A stretch of DNA of 64,000 nucleotides from Longimicrobiales bacterium (GTDB lineage: Bacteria; Gemmatimonadota; Gemmatimonadetes; Longimicrobiales; Gaopeijiaceae), in contig OZ220732.1 of assembly GCA_965116905.1 (NCBI GenBank), forward strand, positions 1,568,001 through 1,632,000. Reading direction: 5' to 3'. The notes beneath the pieces are model-generated. The model saw only the letters and a list, made by a program, of their open reading frames with translations. It did not search any database and was not told where the DNA came from. Shown here piece after piece: positions 1-9,885 of the stretch. The first letter of the stretch is position 1, and each line of letters starts with the position of its first letter. The translations under genes and the position numbers were made by a program.

Positions 1-1606
1 GCTGGAAGACCACATCTACGACACGATCAGCGGCGCCGACTGGCTCGCCGACCAGGACGCGGTGGAGTACTTCGTCAACCGGGCCCCGTCGGAGATGGTC
101 CAGCTGGAGCACTGGGGCTGTCCCTGGAGCCGGGAGCAGGACGGGTCCGTCGCGGTCCGCCCCTTCGGCGGCATGAAGATCGAGCGCACGTGGTTCGCGG
201 CCGACAAGACCGGGTTCCACATGCTCCACTCGCTCTTCCAGACCACCCTCAAGTACGGCAACATCGTCCGCTACGACGAGCACTTCGCGACCCGGCTGCT
301 GATCGACGATGACGGGCGCTGCCGCGGGTGTGCCGCGATCGAGCTGCAGACGGGGCGGGTGAAGACGATTCTGGGCAAGGCGGTGATCATCTGCACCGGC
401 GGCGCGGGACGCGTCTTCCCCTTCACCACCAACGGCGCGATCAAGACCGGCGACGGCATGTCCATGGCCTATCGGGCGGGCGTCGCGCTGAAGGACATGG
501 AGTTCATCCAGTACCATCCGACGGGACTCCCGGGCACGGGCATCCTGATCACCGAGGCCTCCCGCGGCGAGGGCGGCATTCTGGTCAACAAGGACGGGTA
601 CCGGTATCTGCAGGACTACGACCTCGGGCAGCCGCTCGACGTCAGCGACCCCCGGCATCCGCTGAAGCGCGCGATGGAGCTGGGGCCGCGGGACAAGCTC
701 AGCCAGTGCTTCATCAAGGAGCGATGGGCGGGCAGGACAATAGAGACACGGGACGGACACGTGGTCCACCTCGACCTGCGGCACCTGGGCGAGGCCAAGA
801 TCGACAAGCGGATCCCGTTCGTCCGCGAGCTCGCGCGCAGCTACGCGGGAATCGACCCCGTGCACCAGCCGATCCCCGTGCGCCCGGTCGTGCACTACGT
901 GATGGGCGGCATCGACGTCGACTCCAACTCGGCGACGACCATTCCGGGGCTGTACGCGGCGGGCGAGAGCGCCTGCGTCTCGATCAACGGCGCGAACCGG
1001 CTGGGGTCGAATTCGCTCACCGAGCTGCTCGTGTTCGGCGCGCAGGCCGGGAAGCACGCGGCGCGCTTCGCGATGGATCATCCGGACTACAACGTGTCGA
1101 GGCTGGAGGCGCAGGCCGAGGACGAGGGCGCCCGGGTGCGGCGCGCCTTCTTCGATGCGCCGAAGAAGGGCGGGGAGCGGATCGTGACCCTGCGCACCGA
1201 GCTGCACGACGCGATGGAGGACGGCGCCGGCATCTACCGCGACGCCGAGTCGCTCGAGGCCGCGTGCGCGACCGTGGCCGACCTGCGCGAACGCTACGGC
1301 AAGCTCAACATCGACGACCGCACCCACAGCTTCAACACGGAGCTGACGGCGGCGCTGGAGCTCGGGTCCCTGCTCGACTGCGCCGAGGCAATGGCTCATT
1401 CGGGCCTGCAGCGCACCGAATCGCGCGGTTCCCACCAGCGGCTCGACCACACGGAGCGCAACGACGAGGAGTTCCTCGCGCATTCGCTGGCCTTCCACCA
1501 GGCCGACGGCAGCGTTCCGCGGATCGACTACAAGCCCGTGACGATCACCAAGTGGCCGCCCGGCGCGCGTACCTACGGCGCCGGATCGGGACTGAAGCGG
1601 GAATAG
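1..1606 (+). CDS. frdA: Fumarate reductase flavoprotein subunit (5' end outside window)
   Basis: Frame open from the window edge; motifs [38 protein letters not shown]; followed by an Fe-S subunit and two anchor genes. Confidence 0.92.
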   Translation, partial: LEDHIYDTISGADWLADQDAVEYFVNRAPSEMVQLEHWGCPWSREQDGSVAVRPFGGMKIERTWFAADKTGFHMLHSLFQTTLKYGNIVRYDEHFATRLLIDDDGRCRGCAAIELQTGRVKTILGKAVIICTGGAGRVFPFTTNGAIKTGDGMSMAYRAGVALKDMEFIQYHPTGLPGTGILITEASRGEGGILVNKDGYRYLQDYDLGQPLDVSDPRHPLKRAMELGPRDKLSQCFIKERWAGRTIETRDGHVVHLDLRHLGEAKIDKRIPFVRELARSYAGIDPVHQPIPVRPVVHYVMGGIDVDSNSATTIPGLYAAGESACVSINGANRLGSNSLTELLVFGAQAGKHAARFAMDHPDYNVSRLEAQAEDEGARVRRAFFDAPKKGGERIVTLRTELHDAMEDGAGIYRDAESLEAACATVADLRERYGKLNIDDRTHSFNTELTAALELGSLLDCAEAMAHSGLQRTESRGSHQRLDHTERNDEEFLAHSLAFHQADGSVPRIDYKPVTITKWPPGARTYGAGSGLKRE

Positions 1607-1610
1607 GACG

Positions 1611-2363
1611 ATGGACGCCAAGGATACCATGACGCTGGAGATCTTCCGGTACCATCCGGAGACCGACTCCGAGCCGCGCTTCCAGTCGTACGAAGTCCCC
1701 TACAACGAGGACTGGGTCGTCCTGGACGCGATCAACTGGATCAAGGACCACATCGACGGCTCGCTGACCCACCGCTGGAGCTGCCGCATGGGTGTGTGCG
1801 GAAGCTGCGGAATGATGGTCAACGGAGAGCCGAAGCTGACGTGCGCCGCGTTCCTGAAGGACTACTACCCGTTCGAGATCAAGGTGGAGCCGCTGGTGAA
1901 CTTCGCCGTGGAGCGGGACCTGGTGGTCGACATGGACGGGTTCATGGACAAGCTGCAGGACGTGAAGCCGTACATCATCCGCGACGACGTGAACGACACG
2001 TCCGAGGGCGAATACCGGCAGTCCCCCGCCCAGCTGGCGCAGTACAAGCAGTACTCGATGTGCATCAACTGCATGCTGTGCTACGCGGCGTGTCCGGTGG
2101 CGGGCCACGAGGACGAGTTCCTGGGCCCGGCCGCGCTCGCGCTCGGCCACCGCTACAACAAGGACTCGCGCGACCAGGGCCAGGCCGAGCGACTCGACGT
2201 GATGCTGGCCGGCGAGGCGATCTGGGGCTGCACCTTCGTCGGCGAGTGCACGGTCGTGTGTCCCAAACACGTCGACCCGGCGGGCGCGATCCAGCAGGCC
2301 AAGGCGATGGCAGCCCAGGAGTACTTCAAGGGCTTCGTGATGCCGAAGGGAACGGGCGGATGA
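1611..2363 (+). CDS. frdB: Fumarate reductase iron-sulfur subunit
   Basis: SCRMGVCGSC, CINCMLCYAAC and CTFVGECTVVCPK Fe-S motifs. Confidence 0.93.
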   Translation: MDAKDTMTLEIFRYHPETDSEPRFQSYEVPYNEDWVVLDAINWIKDHIDGSLTHRWSCRMGVCGSCGMMVNGEPKLTCAAFLKDYYPFEIKVEPLVNFAVERDLVVDMDGFMDKLQDVKPYIIRDDVNDTSEGEYRQSPAQLAQYKQYSMCINCMLCYAACPVAGHEDEFLGPAALALGHRYNKDSRDQGQAERLDVMLAGEAIWGCTFVGECTVVCPKHVDPAGAIQQAKAMAAQEYFKGFVMPKGTGG

Positions 2364-2746
2364 GCCGCCAGTACCACCGGTCCCACAGGTGGGCCTGGTT
2401 CTTCGAGCGCCCGGGCTATGTGCGGTTCATGGTGCGCGAGCTCACCAGCTTCTTCGTCGCCGGCTACCTGGTGGTGCTGCTGCTGACGCTCGGCAAGCTG
2501 GGCGGCGGTGAGGCGGCCCTGACGGAGTGGCTTGCGTCGGTGAGCGGCCCGTGGTGGCTGACCGCGCACCTGGTCGCGCTGGCCGCAGCCGTGTGGCACG
2601 CGGTGACCTGGTTCGGCGCCGTCCCGCAGGCGATGCCGATCTACCTGGGCGAGAACCGGCTGCCCGCGCCGGTCGCGGCGATCGTCATGGGATACGGGCC
2701 GTGGCTGACGGTGACCGCCGTGATCGTGTGGTGGGTGCTGCGATGA
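2360..2746 (+). CDS. frdC: Fumarate reductase membrane anchor subunit C
   Basis: ATG overlaps the frdB stop (ATGA); YVRFMVRELTSFF and HAVTWF motifs; three hydrophobic segments. Confidence 0.82.
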   Translation: MSRQYHRSHRWAWFFERPGYVRFMVRELTSFFVAGYLVVLLLTLGKLGGGEAALTEWLASVSGPWWLTAHLVALAAAVWHAVTWFGAVPQAMPIYLGENRLPAPVAAIVMGYGPWLTVTAVIVWWVLR

Positions 2747-3093
2747 AGCGCTCCAGCGAAGCACTCTGGTGGGCGCTCTTCTCGGCCGGCGGCGTGATGG
2801 CGGCGCTCTTCGTGCCGGCGCTCGTGATCGTCACCGGGTTCCTGCTGCCGGCGGGTGACCCCGCGGTGGCCGCCGAACGGACCGCGCAGTTCGCCACCGC
2901 AGTGGGCTGGTGGCCGGTCAAGCTGGCGCTGCTCGGGATCCTGGCGCTGTCGCTGGTCCACTGCGGACACCGGATCCGCCACACGATGATGGACCTGGGG
3001 CTGCGCCGATACTCCGGCCTGCTCAAGGTGCCGTGCTACGGCGGCGCGCTGGCGGGCACGATCTGGGCGGCGATTCTGCTCTGGGGGATTTAG
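2743..3093 (+). CDS. frdD: Fumarate reductase membrane anchor subunit D
   Basis: ATGA overlap with frdC; MKRSSEALWWALFSAGG and HRIRHTMMDLG match FrdD. Confidence 0.88.
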   Translation: MKRSSEALWWALFSAGGVMAALFVPALVIVTGFLLPAGDPAVAAERTAQFATAVGWWPVKLALLGILALSLVHCGHRIRHTMMDLGLRRYSGLLKVPCYGGALAGTIWAAILLWGI

Positions 3094-3156
3094 CGGCCCG
3101 GGAACAAGTAGGCGGGACAGGAATATAAGCCCGCTGATTCCCGCACGGCGCTGACA

Positions 3157-3189
3157 GGGTTTTCCCCCCACCCAATACCGGGTTTTCCC
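3157..3189. promoter_or_regulatory. Pair of GGGTTTTCCC boxes, possible regulator binding sites
   Basis: Identical 10-mers at 3157-3166 and 3180-3189, 23 bp apart, upstream of the transglycosylase gene. Confidence 0.3.
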
Positions 3190-3272
3190 TCTATTTGCGC
3201 CGAAATGCGCTGCCGAAATTGGTGTTGGCAGGCGTGGTTGCCGCCCACCCGAGACGGCTGGAGGGCATTCCC

Positions 3273-4057
3273 ATGGACAAATCGCTGACTCCTTTCTTCC
3301 TCGCCATCACGGCCATGGCCCTCGCCACGGTGGCCGTGACGCGTGGCCGTGCGACGCCTACCCGGTCGAGATCAAGTCACCCCTGGCCAGCGACAGCGTG
3401 GTCGAGGAGGAGGTCACGCGGTGGGTGGACCATTGGTGGACCCGGGGGCAGGGTCCGGTGCAGCGCGGCCTCGAGCGAATGGGCAGATACGAGGCCTACA
3501 TCGACGCCGAATTGGCGGTCCGGGGCCTGCCGCTCTCGCTCCGCTACCTTCCCCTCATCGAGTCCGACTACAACCATCTGGCCGTGTCGCCGGCGGGGGC
3601 GGCCGGGCTCTGGCAGCTGATGCCCGAGACTGCCCGGGGGCTCGGGCTCGAGGTCGACTCGCTCGTGGACCAGCGCTTCGACGTGTACGCGTCCACCCAG
3701 GCCGCGCTGGACTACCTGGCAGCTCTCCATGACAGGTTCCAGTGCTGGTCTCTCGCCCTGGCCGCCTATAACGGAGGGCCGACGCGGATCGAGCGGGCGA
3801 TCCGGTGGCACGGCGGAGCCCGACCCCGCGACGACGCCCTGTTCGGGCATATTCGCGACCGACTGCCCAAGGAGACGCGGGACTTCGTTCCCAGGTTCCT
3901 CGCGAGCATTCGCCTGGCTAACCGCTCTGCCCTCACGGGAACACACCGCGACGAACACTCGAGGTGCCGGGGAACCCGCGGATCATCAAGTGATCAGCGG
4001 TGTAGGACCGGCCTTCAGCTCGATCGTCGAGCTTTGATCGAGCATCCAATCAGATAA
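3273..4057 (+). pseudogene. Lytic transglycosylase (MltD/SLT-like), frameshifted near 3340
   Basis: Signal-like MDKSLTPFFLAITAMALATVAVT lies in one frame and the SLT domain (LIES, GAAGLWQLMPETA, ALAAYNGG, ETRDFV) in another; inserting one base at about 3340 joins them. Confidence 0.65.
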
Positions 4058-4071
4058 GGAATACAGTTGCT

Positions 4072-5934
4072 ATGAACATCAAATCAATCGCCGGAATACT
4101 GGCGCTCGCGTCCGCGCTTCTGGCCGCTTGCGGCGAGCCCGTGGACCCCCCGGCTCCCGGATCCATCGTCGGGACCGTCAGCATCGAGGGCATGGGCGTT
4201 GCAGGCGTGACCGTGACCCTCGACGGCACAACCTCGATCACGACCGCCGGAGACGGCGCGTTCAGATTCGACAACCTGGAAGAAGGAGACTACACGGTAA
4301 CCATCAGCGGCTTCCCGCCGGAGGCCGAGTTCTCGCAGACGTCCACGGCTACCGTGTTCGTTGCCGCCGGAGCGACGGTTACCATCGACTTCAACGGCTC
4401 GTACATCCGCACGGCCACGATCGTGGGCTCCGTGACCGTCGACGACACGGGCATCAGCGGAGTCTCGGTGACGCTCGGCGGCACGGAGACCAAGTCCACA
4501 CAGACCGACGCCGACGGCAAATACGACTTCTCCGCCCTGCGCGCCGGCGACTACACGATCACGATTTCGGACTTCGACCCGGCGAAGTACACGTTCGACG
4601 AGACGAGCCAGTCCGTGTCGGTCGCGGTCGGCGAATCCGGCAACGTCAGCTTCATGGGCACGCCGACGCGCCTGCCCGGGCAGGTCGACTACCTCGTCCG
4701 TATCGAGAACGTCTCGCCGGCGTACGAGTTCTCTTCGAGCGGACACTTCGCGGTGCCGGTTGGTGCCGCCGGCCCGGGTCCGCTGCTGCCGGGCGGGACC
4801 TACGAGTTCCTTTTCCACGCCGGACCCGGCCTGTACCTCTCGTTCGCCACGATGTTCGTGCAGTCGAACGACCTCTTCTACGCGCCGGACGGACGCGGCA
4901 TCGCGGTCTGGGGCGACGGCGGCCCGGTCACCGGCGACATCACCGACCAGATCATGCTCTGGGACGCGGGCACCGAGATCAACCAGGAGCCGGGCACGGG
5001 AGCCGACCAGCCCATTCGCGGCGGCGGCAACTCCGGCACGGCCGACCCCGACCCCAACGTGCGTCTCGCCACCGACGACTTCGGCAACCTGCCCGAGGTC
5101 GCGGACGTCATCCGGGTCACGCTTCACCGCGAGGGCGCCTCCCCCACGCTGGTGCGGCTCACGATCGAGAACATCAGCACGGCGACGACGCTCAGGACGG
5201 TCGACGGCGGCGCTCACCCAACGCCGCTCGCACCCGGCGTATTCGTCGTTCACGCCGGCCAGAACCCGCTGTTCACCGTCGGCGAGCCCGACCGCGGCGA
5301 GGGCCTGGAGGGCCTGGCCGAAGACGGCACCGTGAGCGCGCTCGCGGCGGCCGTGGAGCAGCGGTCCGGGCTGACCAGCCTGATCGCGCCGGGTGTTTAC
5401 GCCACGCACTCGGGCGGCTCCCTGCTGTTCAGGGCCGGCGAGGCAGCGAGCGCGGGACTGGAAGCGATGGCGGAGGACGGGAACCCGGCGACGCTGGCCG
5501 CCGAGGTCGAGGCGGCGGGCGGATTCCTCGACGCGGGAGCGTTCGCGGTGCCGGTGGGCGCCGACGGCCCCGCGCCGGTGGGTCCCGGCCAGGCCTACGA
5601 GTTCGAGGTGATCGCCACGCCAGGGGACGCCCTGTCGTTCGTCACGATGTTCGTGCAGTCCAACGATCTCTTCTACGCTCCGGCGGCAGAGGGGATCGAC
5701 CTGTTCCCGAACGGCGTCGCGCTCGAAGGCGACATCACGGACCGGATCATGCTCTGGGACGCGGGCACCGAGGTGAACGAGAAGCCCGGACTCGGGGTCT
5801 ACCAGGCCCCGCGGCAGCCCGGACCCGACAGCGGTCCCGACGAGAACGGCCTCGTCAACCTCCTGGATGCGTGCTTCACCTATCCGGATCTGAGCGACGT
5901 GATTCGGGTCACGCTGACGAAGGTGGCGGGGTAG
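4072..5934 (+). CDS. Lipoprotein with two carboxypeptidase-regulatory/Ig-like domains and tandem spondin_N-like domains
   Basis: Lipobox LLAAC; repeated LSFxTMFVQSNDLFYAP and LWDAGTE(I/V)N spondin motifs. Confidence 0.8.
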   Translation: MNIKSIAGILALASALLAACGEPVDPPAPGSIVGTVSIEGMGVAGVTVTLDGTTSITTAGDGAFRFDNLEEGDYTVTISGFPPEAEFSQTSTATVFVAAGATVTIDFNGSYIRTATIVGSVTVDDTGISGVSVTLGGTETKSTQTDADGKYDFSALRAGDYTITISDFDPAKYTFDETSQSVSVAVGESGNVSFMGTPTRLPGQVDYLVRIENVSPAYEFSSSGHFAVPVGAAGPGPLLPGGTYEFLFHAGPGLYLSFATMFVQSNDLFYAPDGRGIAVWGDGGPVTGDITDQIMLWDAGTEINQEPGTGADQPIRGGGNSGTADPDPNVRLATDDFGNLPEVADVIRVTLHREGASPTLVRLTIENISTATTLRTVDGGAHPTPLAPGVFVVHAGQNPLFTVGEPDRGEGLEGLAEDGTVSALAAAVEQRSGLTSLIAPGVYATHSGGSLLFRAGEAASAGLEAMAEDGNPATLAAEVEAAGGFLDAGAFAVPVGADGPAPVGPGQAYEFEVIATPGDALSFVTMFVQSNDLFYAPAAEGIDLFPNGVALEGDITDRIMLWDAGTEVNEKPGLGVYQAPRQPGPDSGPDENGLVNLLDACFTYPDLSDVIRVTLTKVAG

Positions 5935-5949
5935 GCAGCTACATGTGAA

Positions 5950-5983
5950 CCAGCCCGGCGGCGCGAGTTCGTCGCCGGGCTGG
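5950..5983. terminator. GC-rich hairpin, probable terminator
   Basis: ccagcccggcggcg / cgtcgccgggctgg 14-bp stem (one G-U pair) just after the stop codon; weak U-tract. Confidence 0.55.
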
Positions 5984-6127
5984 GTTGCCATGTGTCGCGG
6001 GAGCCGCGTGCGCGACGAACCGCCTATTGTTATTCATGTCATATATATGACGTGATTATTTGACAGATAGCCCCAAATAGGTCAGTATGGGTAGATAATC
6101 GTGTCATAATCAACCCAGATACGTGTC

Positions 6128-7441
6128 ATGCTGCTCACAGACCGCGCAGTTCTGTCGTACGTCGCCAATCACCCGGAGTGCAGCCGGTCCCAGGTTCGCC
6201 GGGATGTCGCACCCGATGCGAGCGCATCCACGGTATGGAGGGCTCTCCGGCGGCTGGTGGACGACGGATTGCTGGAGGTTGTCGGCGAGGGTCGCGGGAC
6301 CCGCTATCGGGTGGCCGGGGGCGAAGCTGTCCTCGCGCACCTTCGTACGCCGTACCAAGAGCGTCCACGGACCGGCTACCACAGCGAGTTTGCAGGGAGC
6401 TACCGGCCAAACGAGTCGCGCTACCTGACCGAAGCTGACCGGGCGGAGCTGAAGAAGGCGGGTACCCCCGTCCTGGAGCCCTACCACGCGTCGATGGGCG
6501 TGACCTATGCTCAGCGCGTCCGCAAACAGCTCGAAGTCGACATGTCGTGGGCCTCGTCCCGTCTGGAGGGCAACAGCTACGACCACCTGGACACCGACTT
6601 CCTGGTGCGGACCGGCAGGACCGCGCGCGGCAAGTCGATCGATGAGACGGTCATGATCCTCAATCACAAGAACGCGACGCGGTACGTGGTGGAGAACCTC
6701 GCCGAGATAGAGATCGGGTGGCCGGATCTGCGCAACATCCACTCGCTCCTGGCCACCCAGCTGACACGGGATCGCAGCCTGGTGGGCAGCCTGCGGCGCA
6801 TGCCGGTCGCGGTCGGCAGATCGTCCTATACGCCCCTGGAGGACCGTTTCGCGCTACGGGAGGAGCTGGACATCGTGCTCTCGAAGGCGGCCCGCATCAG
6901 CGACCCGTTCGAGCAATCCTTCTTCCTGCTCGTCCACGTTCCGTACCTGCAACCGTTCGCCGACGTGAACAAGCGGACGTCGCGGATCGCATCGAACATC
7001 CCCCTTCTGAAGGCCGATCTGGCCCCCATGTCCTTCTTCGCCATCGACGACCGCGACTACATCCACGGCCTGCTGGGCGTGTACGAGCTGAACGACGTTT
7101 CGCTCCTGCGCGAGGCGTTCGTCAACGGCTACATCGAGACGGCACGGCGCTACCGCTACCTGCGACCGGAGGCCATCACGATCGACAGGGTCGAGGTGGT
7201 ATACCGCCGCTTCACGAACCGGGCCGTCCGTCGTTGCATCCTGAGGTGGCGGGGATTCGAGCCCAGGCGGGTGTGGCGGATGATCGAGGACGCCGACATC
7301 CCGCTCGCGGATCAGCAGGAGGTGTTCGATTTCGTCGAAAGCTCGTTCCGCACGCTCCACCCGGGTATCGCGGTGCTGTACGGGGTGGAGCCGGAAGCGC
7401 TGGAGGGGCTGGAGCTGGGCGCCACGCTGACCGACCGATGA
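6128..7441 (+). CDS. Fic-family protein with N-terminal wHTH, non-canonical motif
   Basis: N-terminal HTH (ASTVWRALRRLVDDGLL); WASSRLEGN; YLQPFADVNKRTSR in place of HPFxDGNGR. Confidence 0.85.
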   Translation: MLLTDRAVLSYVANHPECSRSQVRRDVAPDASASTVWRALRRLVDDGLLEVVGEGRGTRYRVAGGEAVLAHLRTPYQERPRTGYHSEFAGSYRPNESRYLTEADRAELKKAGTPVLEPYHASMGVTYAQRVRKQLEVDMSWASSRLEGNSYDHLDTDFLVRTGRTARGKSIDETVMILNHKNATRYVVENLAEIEIGWPDLRNIHSLLATQLTRDRSLVGSLRRMPVAVGRSSYTPLEDRFALREELDIVLSKAARISDPFEQSFFLLVHVPYLQPFADVNKRTSRIASNIPLLKADLAPMSFFAIDDRDYIHGLLGVYELNDVSLLREAFVNGYIETARRYRYLRPEAITIDRVEVVYRRFTNRAVRRCILRWRGFEPRRVWRMIEDADIPLADQQEVFDFVESSFRTLHPGIAVLYGVEPEALEGLELGATLTDR

Positions 7442-7489
7442 TCAGCACCTCGTATCCTCCGCTTTCGAAATCGTTCGCACACCCGAAAG

Positions 7490-7545
7490 CGGGGAGGTAT
7501 GATGTGTCCACCATGCAGACGACCGCACCGACCACGTGGGAAGAC
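7490..7545 (+). repeat. 56-bp direct repeat, copy 1 (putative -10 box plus first 11 codons of the Uma2 gene)
   Basis: 54/56 identical to 8165-8220; related copy on the minus strand at about 59784-59840. Confidence 0.9.
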
Positions 7546-8100
7546 GTTCTGCGGATGCCGGACGACGGCAACCGCTACGAGTTCATCGGGGGGCGGCTGT
7601 ACGTGACAGCGGCCCCGGTAGTTCGTCATCACCGCGTTTCAAGGCGGCTGCACCAGGCCCTGATGCGGATTCTGGAACGCGCCGGACACGGAGAGGTGTT
7701 CTACGCCCCGGTCCTCGTTGAGTTCCCGGGCACGGGCGACCGCGTTCAGCCCGATATCTTCTTCGTGTCCAACGAGAGGCGGGGGATTGTCGGCGAGAAG
7801 CAGGTGACGGGTGCTCCCGATCTAATGGTCGAGATCCTGTCGCCGTCTACCGCGCACCGTGACCGTGGGATCAAGCTGGATCTGTACGCGCGGCGCGGCG
7901 TGCGGGAGTACTGGATCGTCGACCCGGTTGAGGACGTGGTGGATGTCTGGCGATTCGAGGCCAGTCCGGGCCGCGAACGCTTCACCGGTGAGCTGCCCGT
8001 CCGGCTGGGAACCCAACAGGTAGGCACGATCGACCTCGAAGAAGTCTTCTCGCGCCACCTGGATGTGTGGGACGACGCGGCCCGTGAGGGGGCGGAATAA
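7513..8100 (+). CDS. Uma2 (DUF820) PD-(D/E)xK endonuclease family protein
   Basis: RYEFIGG, VQPDIFF, GAPDLMVEILSPST, KLDLYARRGVREYWIVDP. Confidence 0.9.
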   Translation: MQTTAPTTWEDVLRMPDDGNRYEFIGGRLYVTAAPVVRHHRVSRRLHQALMRILERAGHGEVFYAPVLVEFPGTGDRVQPDIFFVSNERRGIVGEKQVTGAPDLMVEILSPSTAHRDRGIKLDLYARRGVREYWIVDPVEDVVDVWRFEASPGRERFTGELPVRLGTQQVGTIDLEEVFSRHLDVWDDAAREGAE

Positions 8101-8164
8101 CTGCCGGCTCCGGTTCCTTCGATGCCGAGCTGGCGTTTGTACTGGGAGGGAACGACGGCGTGCA

Positions 8165-8220
8165 CGGGGAGATATGATGTGTCCACCATGCAGACAACCG
8201 CACCGACCACGTGGGAAGAC
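8165..8220 (+). repeat. 56-bp direct repeat, copy 2, supplying the start of the coxE-like gene
   Basis: 54/56 identical to 7490-7545; encodes MQTTAPTTWED in frame with the vWA gene. Confidence 0.9.
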
Positions 8221-9381
8221 CTCGTCACCCACCTGGCCCGCTTCTGCGGCGCGCTCCGCGAGGCCGGCATTGCCGTGACCCTCGGAGACGAGATCGATGC
8301 CGCAGACTCGCTCGCCCACATCGACATCGGGGACCGCGCCGAGGTGCGGCTGGCGCTCCGGACCAGCCTCAAGGTCGAGCCGCGCGCGTGGCCGCTCTTC
8401 GACCACCTGTTCGACGACTTCTGGCGAACGGAAGGCGGGCGGCGCCATGGCCGAGAGGGACGTGGGCGGCGGCAGCGCCGCCAGCAGGCCCCCCGCACCT
8501 GGCCGGGCCAGGACAACCCGCTCGCCCAACTCGCCCAAACGATCGCCGAGCGTGGCCGCGTAGGGCCGGTCGACCCTGTCGAGGACGACAGCCCCGGCAC
8601 CGACGGGGGCCGCCCCGGCTACAGCCCGCGCGCGCTGCTCCGCCGCAAGTCGTTCGAGGCGTGCAGCGCGGAAGCGCTTGCCGAAATGGAGCGCCTGATC
8701 GAGCAGGTCGTGCGCCGGATCGCGATCCGCCCGAGCCGCCGCCTGGTGCCGTCGCCGAGGGGCGCCGCGATCGATCTGCGGCGCAGCTTCCGCCGTGCGC
8801 TCGCACGCGACGGAGAATTCCTGGATCTGGCCCGTCGCAGGCGTGCCGTGGAACTGCCGCGGATCGTGTTCATATGCGACACGAGTGGCTCGATGGACCC
8901 TTATTCCCGGTTTGCGCTGGCCTTCATCCTGGCTCTGGGCAAGGTCGCGCGCCGGACCGAGGTCTTCGCTCTCAATACCTCACTCACACGCCTCACGCCC
9001 TGGATCACCGCCGGCAACCTGACCGCCACGCTGGCCCGCTTTGCGCGCAACGTCGAGGACTGGTCGGGGGGGACCCGGATCGGCGAGTGTCTGGCCGATT
9101 TCGCTATGGATTACTTGCGCCAGGTGGTTGCGGGTGATACATCGGTCCTGATCTTCAGCGACGGGCTCGACCGGGGCGCTACGGAGTCCCTGGAGACCGC
9201 GCTGTTGGCGATCCGGCGGCGCGCGCGGCGTGTCATCTGGCTGAATCCGCTCATGGGCGATCCGAGATACCGGCCCGAGGCCAGGGGCATGAAGGCGGCG
9301 CTGCCTCACATTGACCACCTCGTGCCCGCTCATAATCTGGAGTCGCTCGAGGCGCTGCTGCCGATGCTGGGGCGGGGCTGA
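8188..9381 (+). CDS. coxE: CoxE-like vWA-domain CO dehydrogenase accessory protein
   Basis: CDTSGSMDPY MIDAS motif, WSGGTRIG, FSDGLDRG, VIWLNPL; directly upstream of coxG-M-S-L. Confidence 0.8.
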   Translation: MQTTAPTTWEDLVTHLARFCGALREAGIAVTLGDEIDAADSLAHIDIGDRAEVRLALRTSLKVEPRAWPLFDHLFDDFWRTEGGRRHGREGRGRRQRRQQAPRTWPGQDNPLAQLAQTIAERGRVGPVDPVEDDSPGTDGGRPGYSPRALLRRKSFEACSAEALAEMERLIEQVVRRIAIRPSRRLVPSPRGAAIDLRRSFRRALARDGEFLDLARRRRAVELPRIVFICDTSGSMDPYSRFALAFILALGKVARRTEVFALNTSLTRLTPWITAGNLTATLARFARNVEDWSGGTRIGECLADFAMDYLRQVVAGDTSVLIFSDGLDRGATESLETALLAIRRRARRVIWLNPLMGDPRYRPEARGMKAALPHIDHLVPAHNLESLEALLPMLGRG

Positions 9382-9441
9382 GCGACCGCCATCGGGAGCC
9401 GGCCGGGCGCGAGGCCATCCCGACGCGAAAGCCACCCCAAC

Positions 9442-9885
9442 GTGCGAATCGAAGAGAAGTTCACCGTGGCGGCCCCCGCCGACGACGTCTGGGCCTTCCT
9501 GACCGACCCCGAACGCGTCGCGGCCGCCCTTCCCGGCGCCGAAATCACCGAAAAGGTCGACGAGAACACCTACAAGGGCGGAATGGGGGTCAAGGTGGGC
9601 CCGCTGAACGCCGTCTACGCGGGCACCGTCGCCTTCGATCTCGACGAGGACGCGCGCTCCGCGGTCGTGCACGCGAAGGGGCAGGGGAAGGCGGGAATGG
9701 GCAATGCGGACATGAAGATGACCAGTCGGGTCGTTTCGCTGGGGGCGGACGAGACCGAAGTGACGGTCGAGGCGCAGCTGTCGGTGACCGGCATCCTCGC
9801 CCAGCTCGGGCGCGGCATGATGCAGCACGTTAGCAAGAAGATGTTCAAGGAGTTTACCGAGGTTTTGGGGAAGGAGCTGACATGA
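9442..9885 (+). CDS. coxG: CoxG (SRPBCC) family protein
   Basis: VWAFLTDPERVAAALPGA, VKVGP, GILAQLGRG; cox context. Confidence 0.85.
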   Translation: MRIEEKFTVAAPADDVWAFLTDPERVAAALPGAEITEKVDENTYKGGMGVKVGPLNAVYAGTVAFDLDEDARSAVVHAKGQGKAGMGNADMKMTSRVVSLGADETEVTVEAQLSVTGILAQLGRGMMQHVSKKMFKEFTEVLGKELT

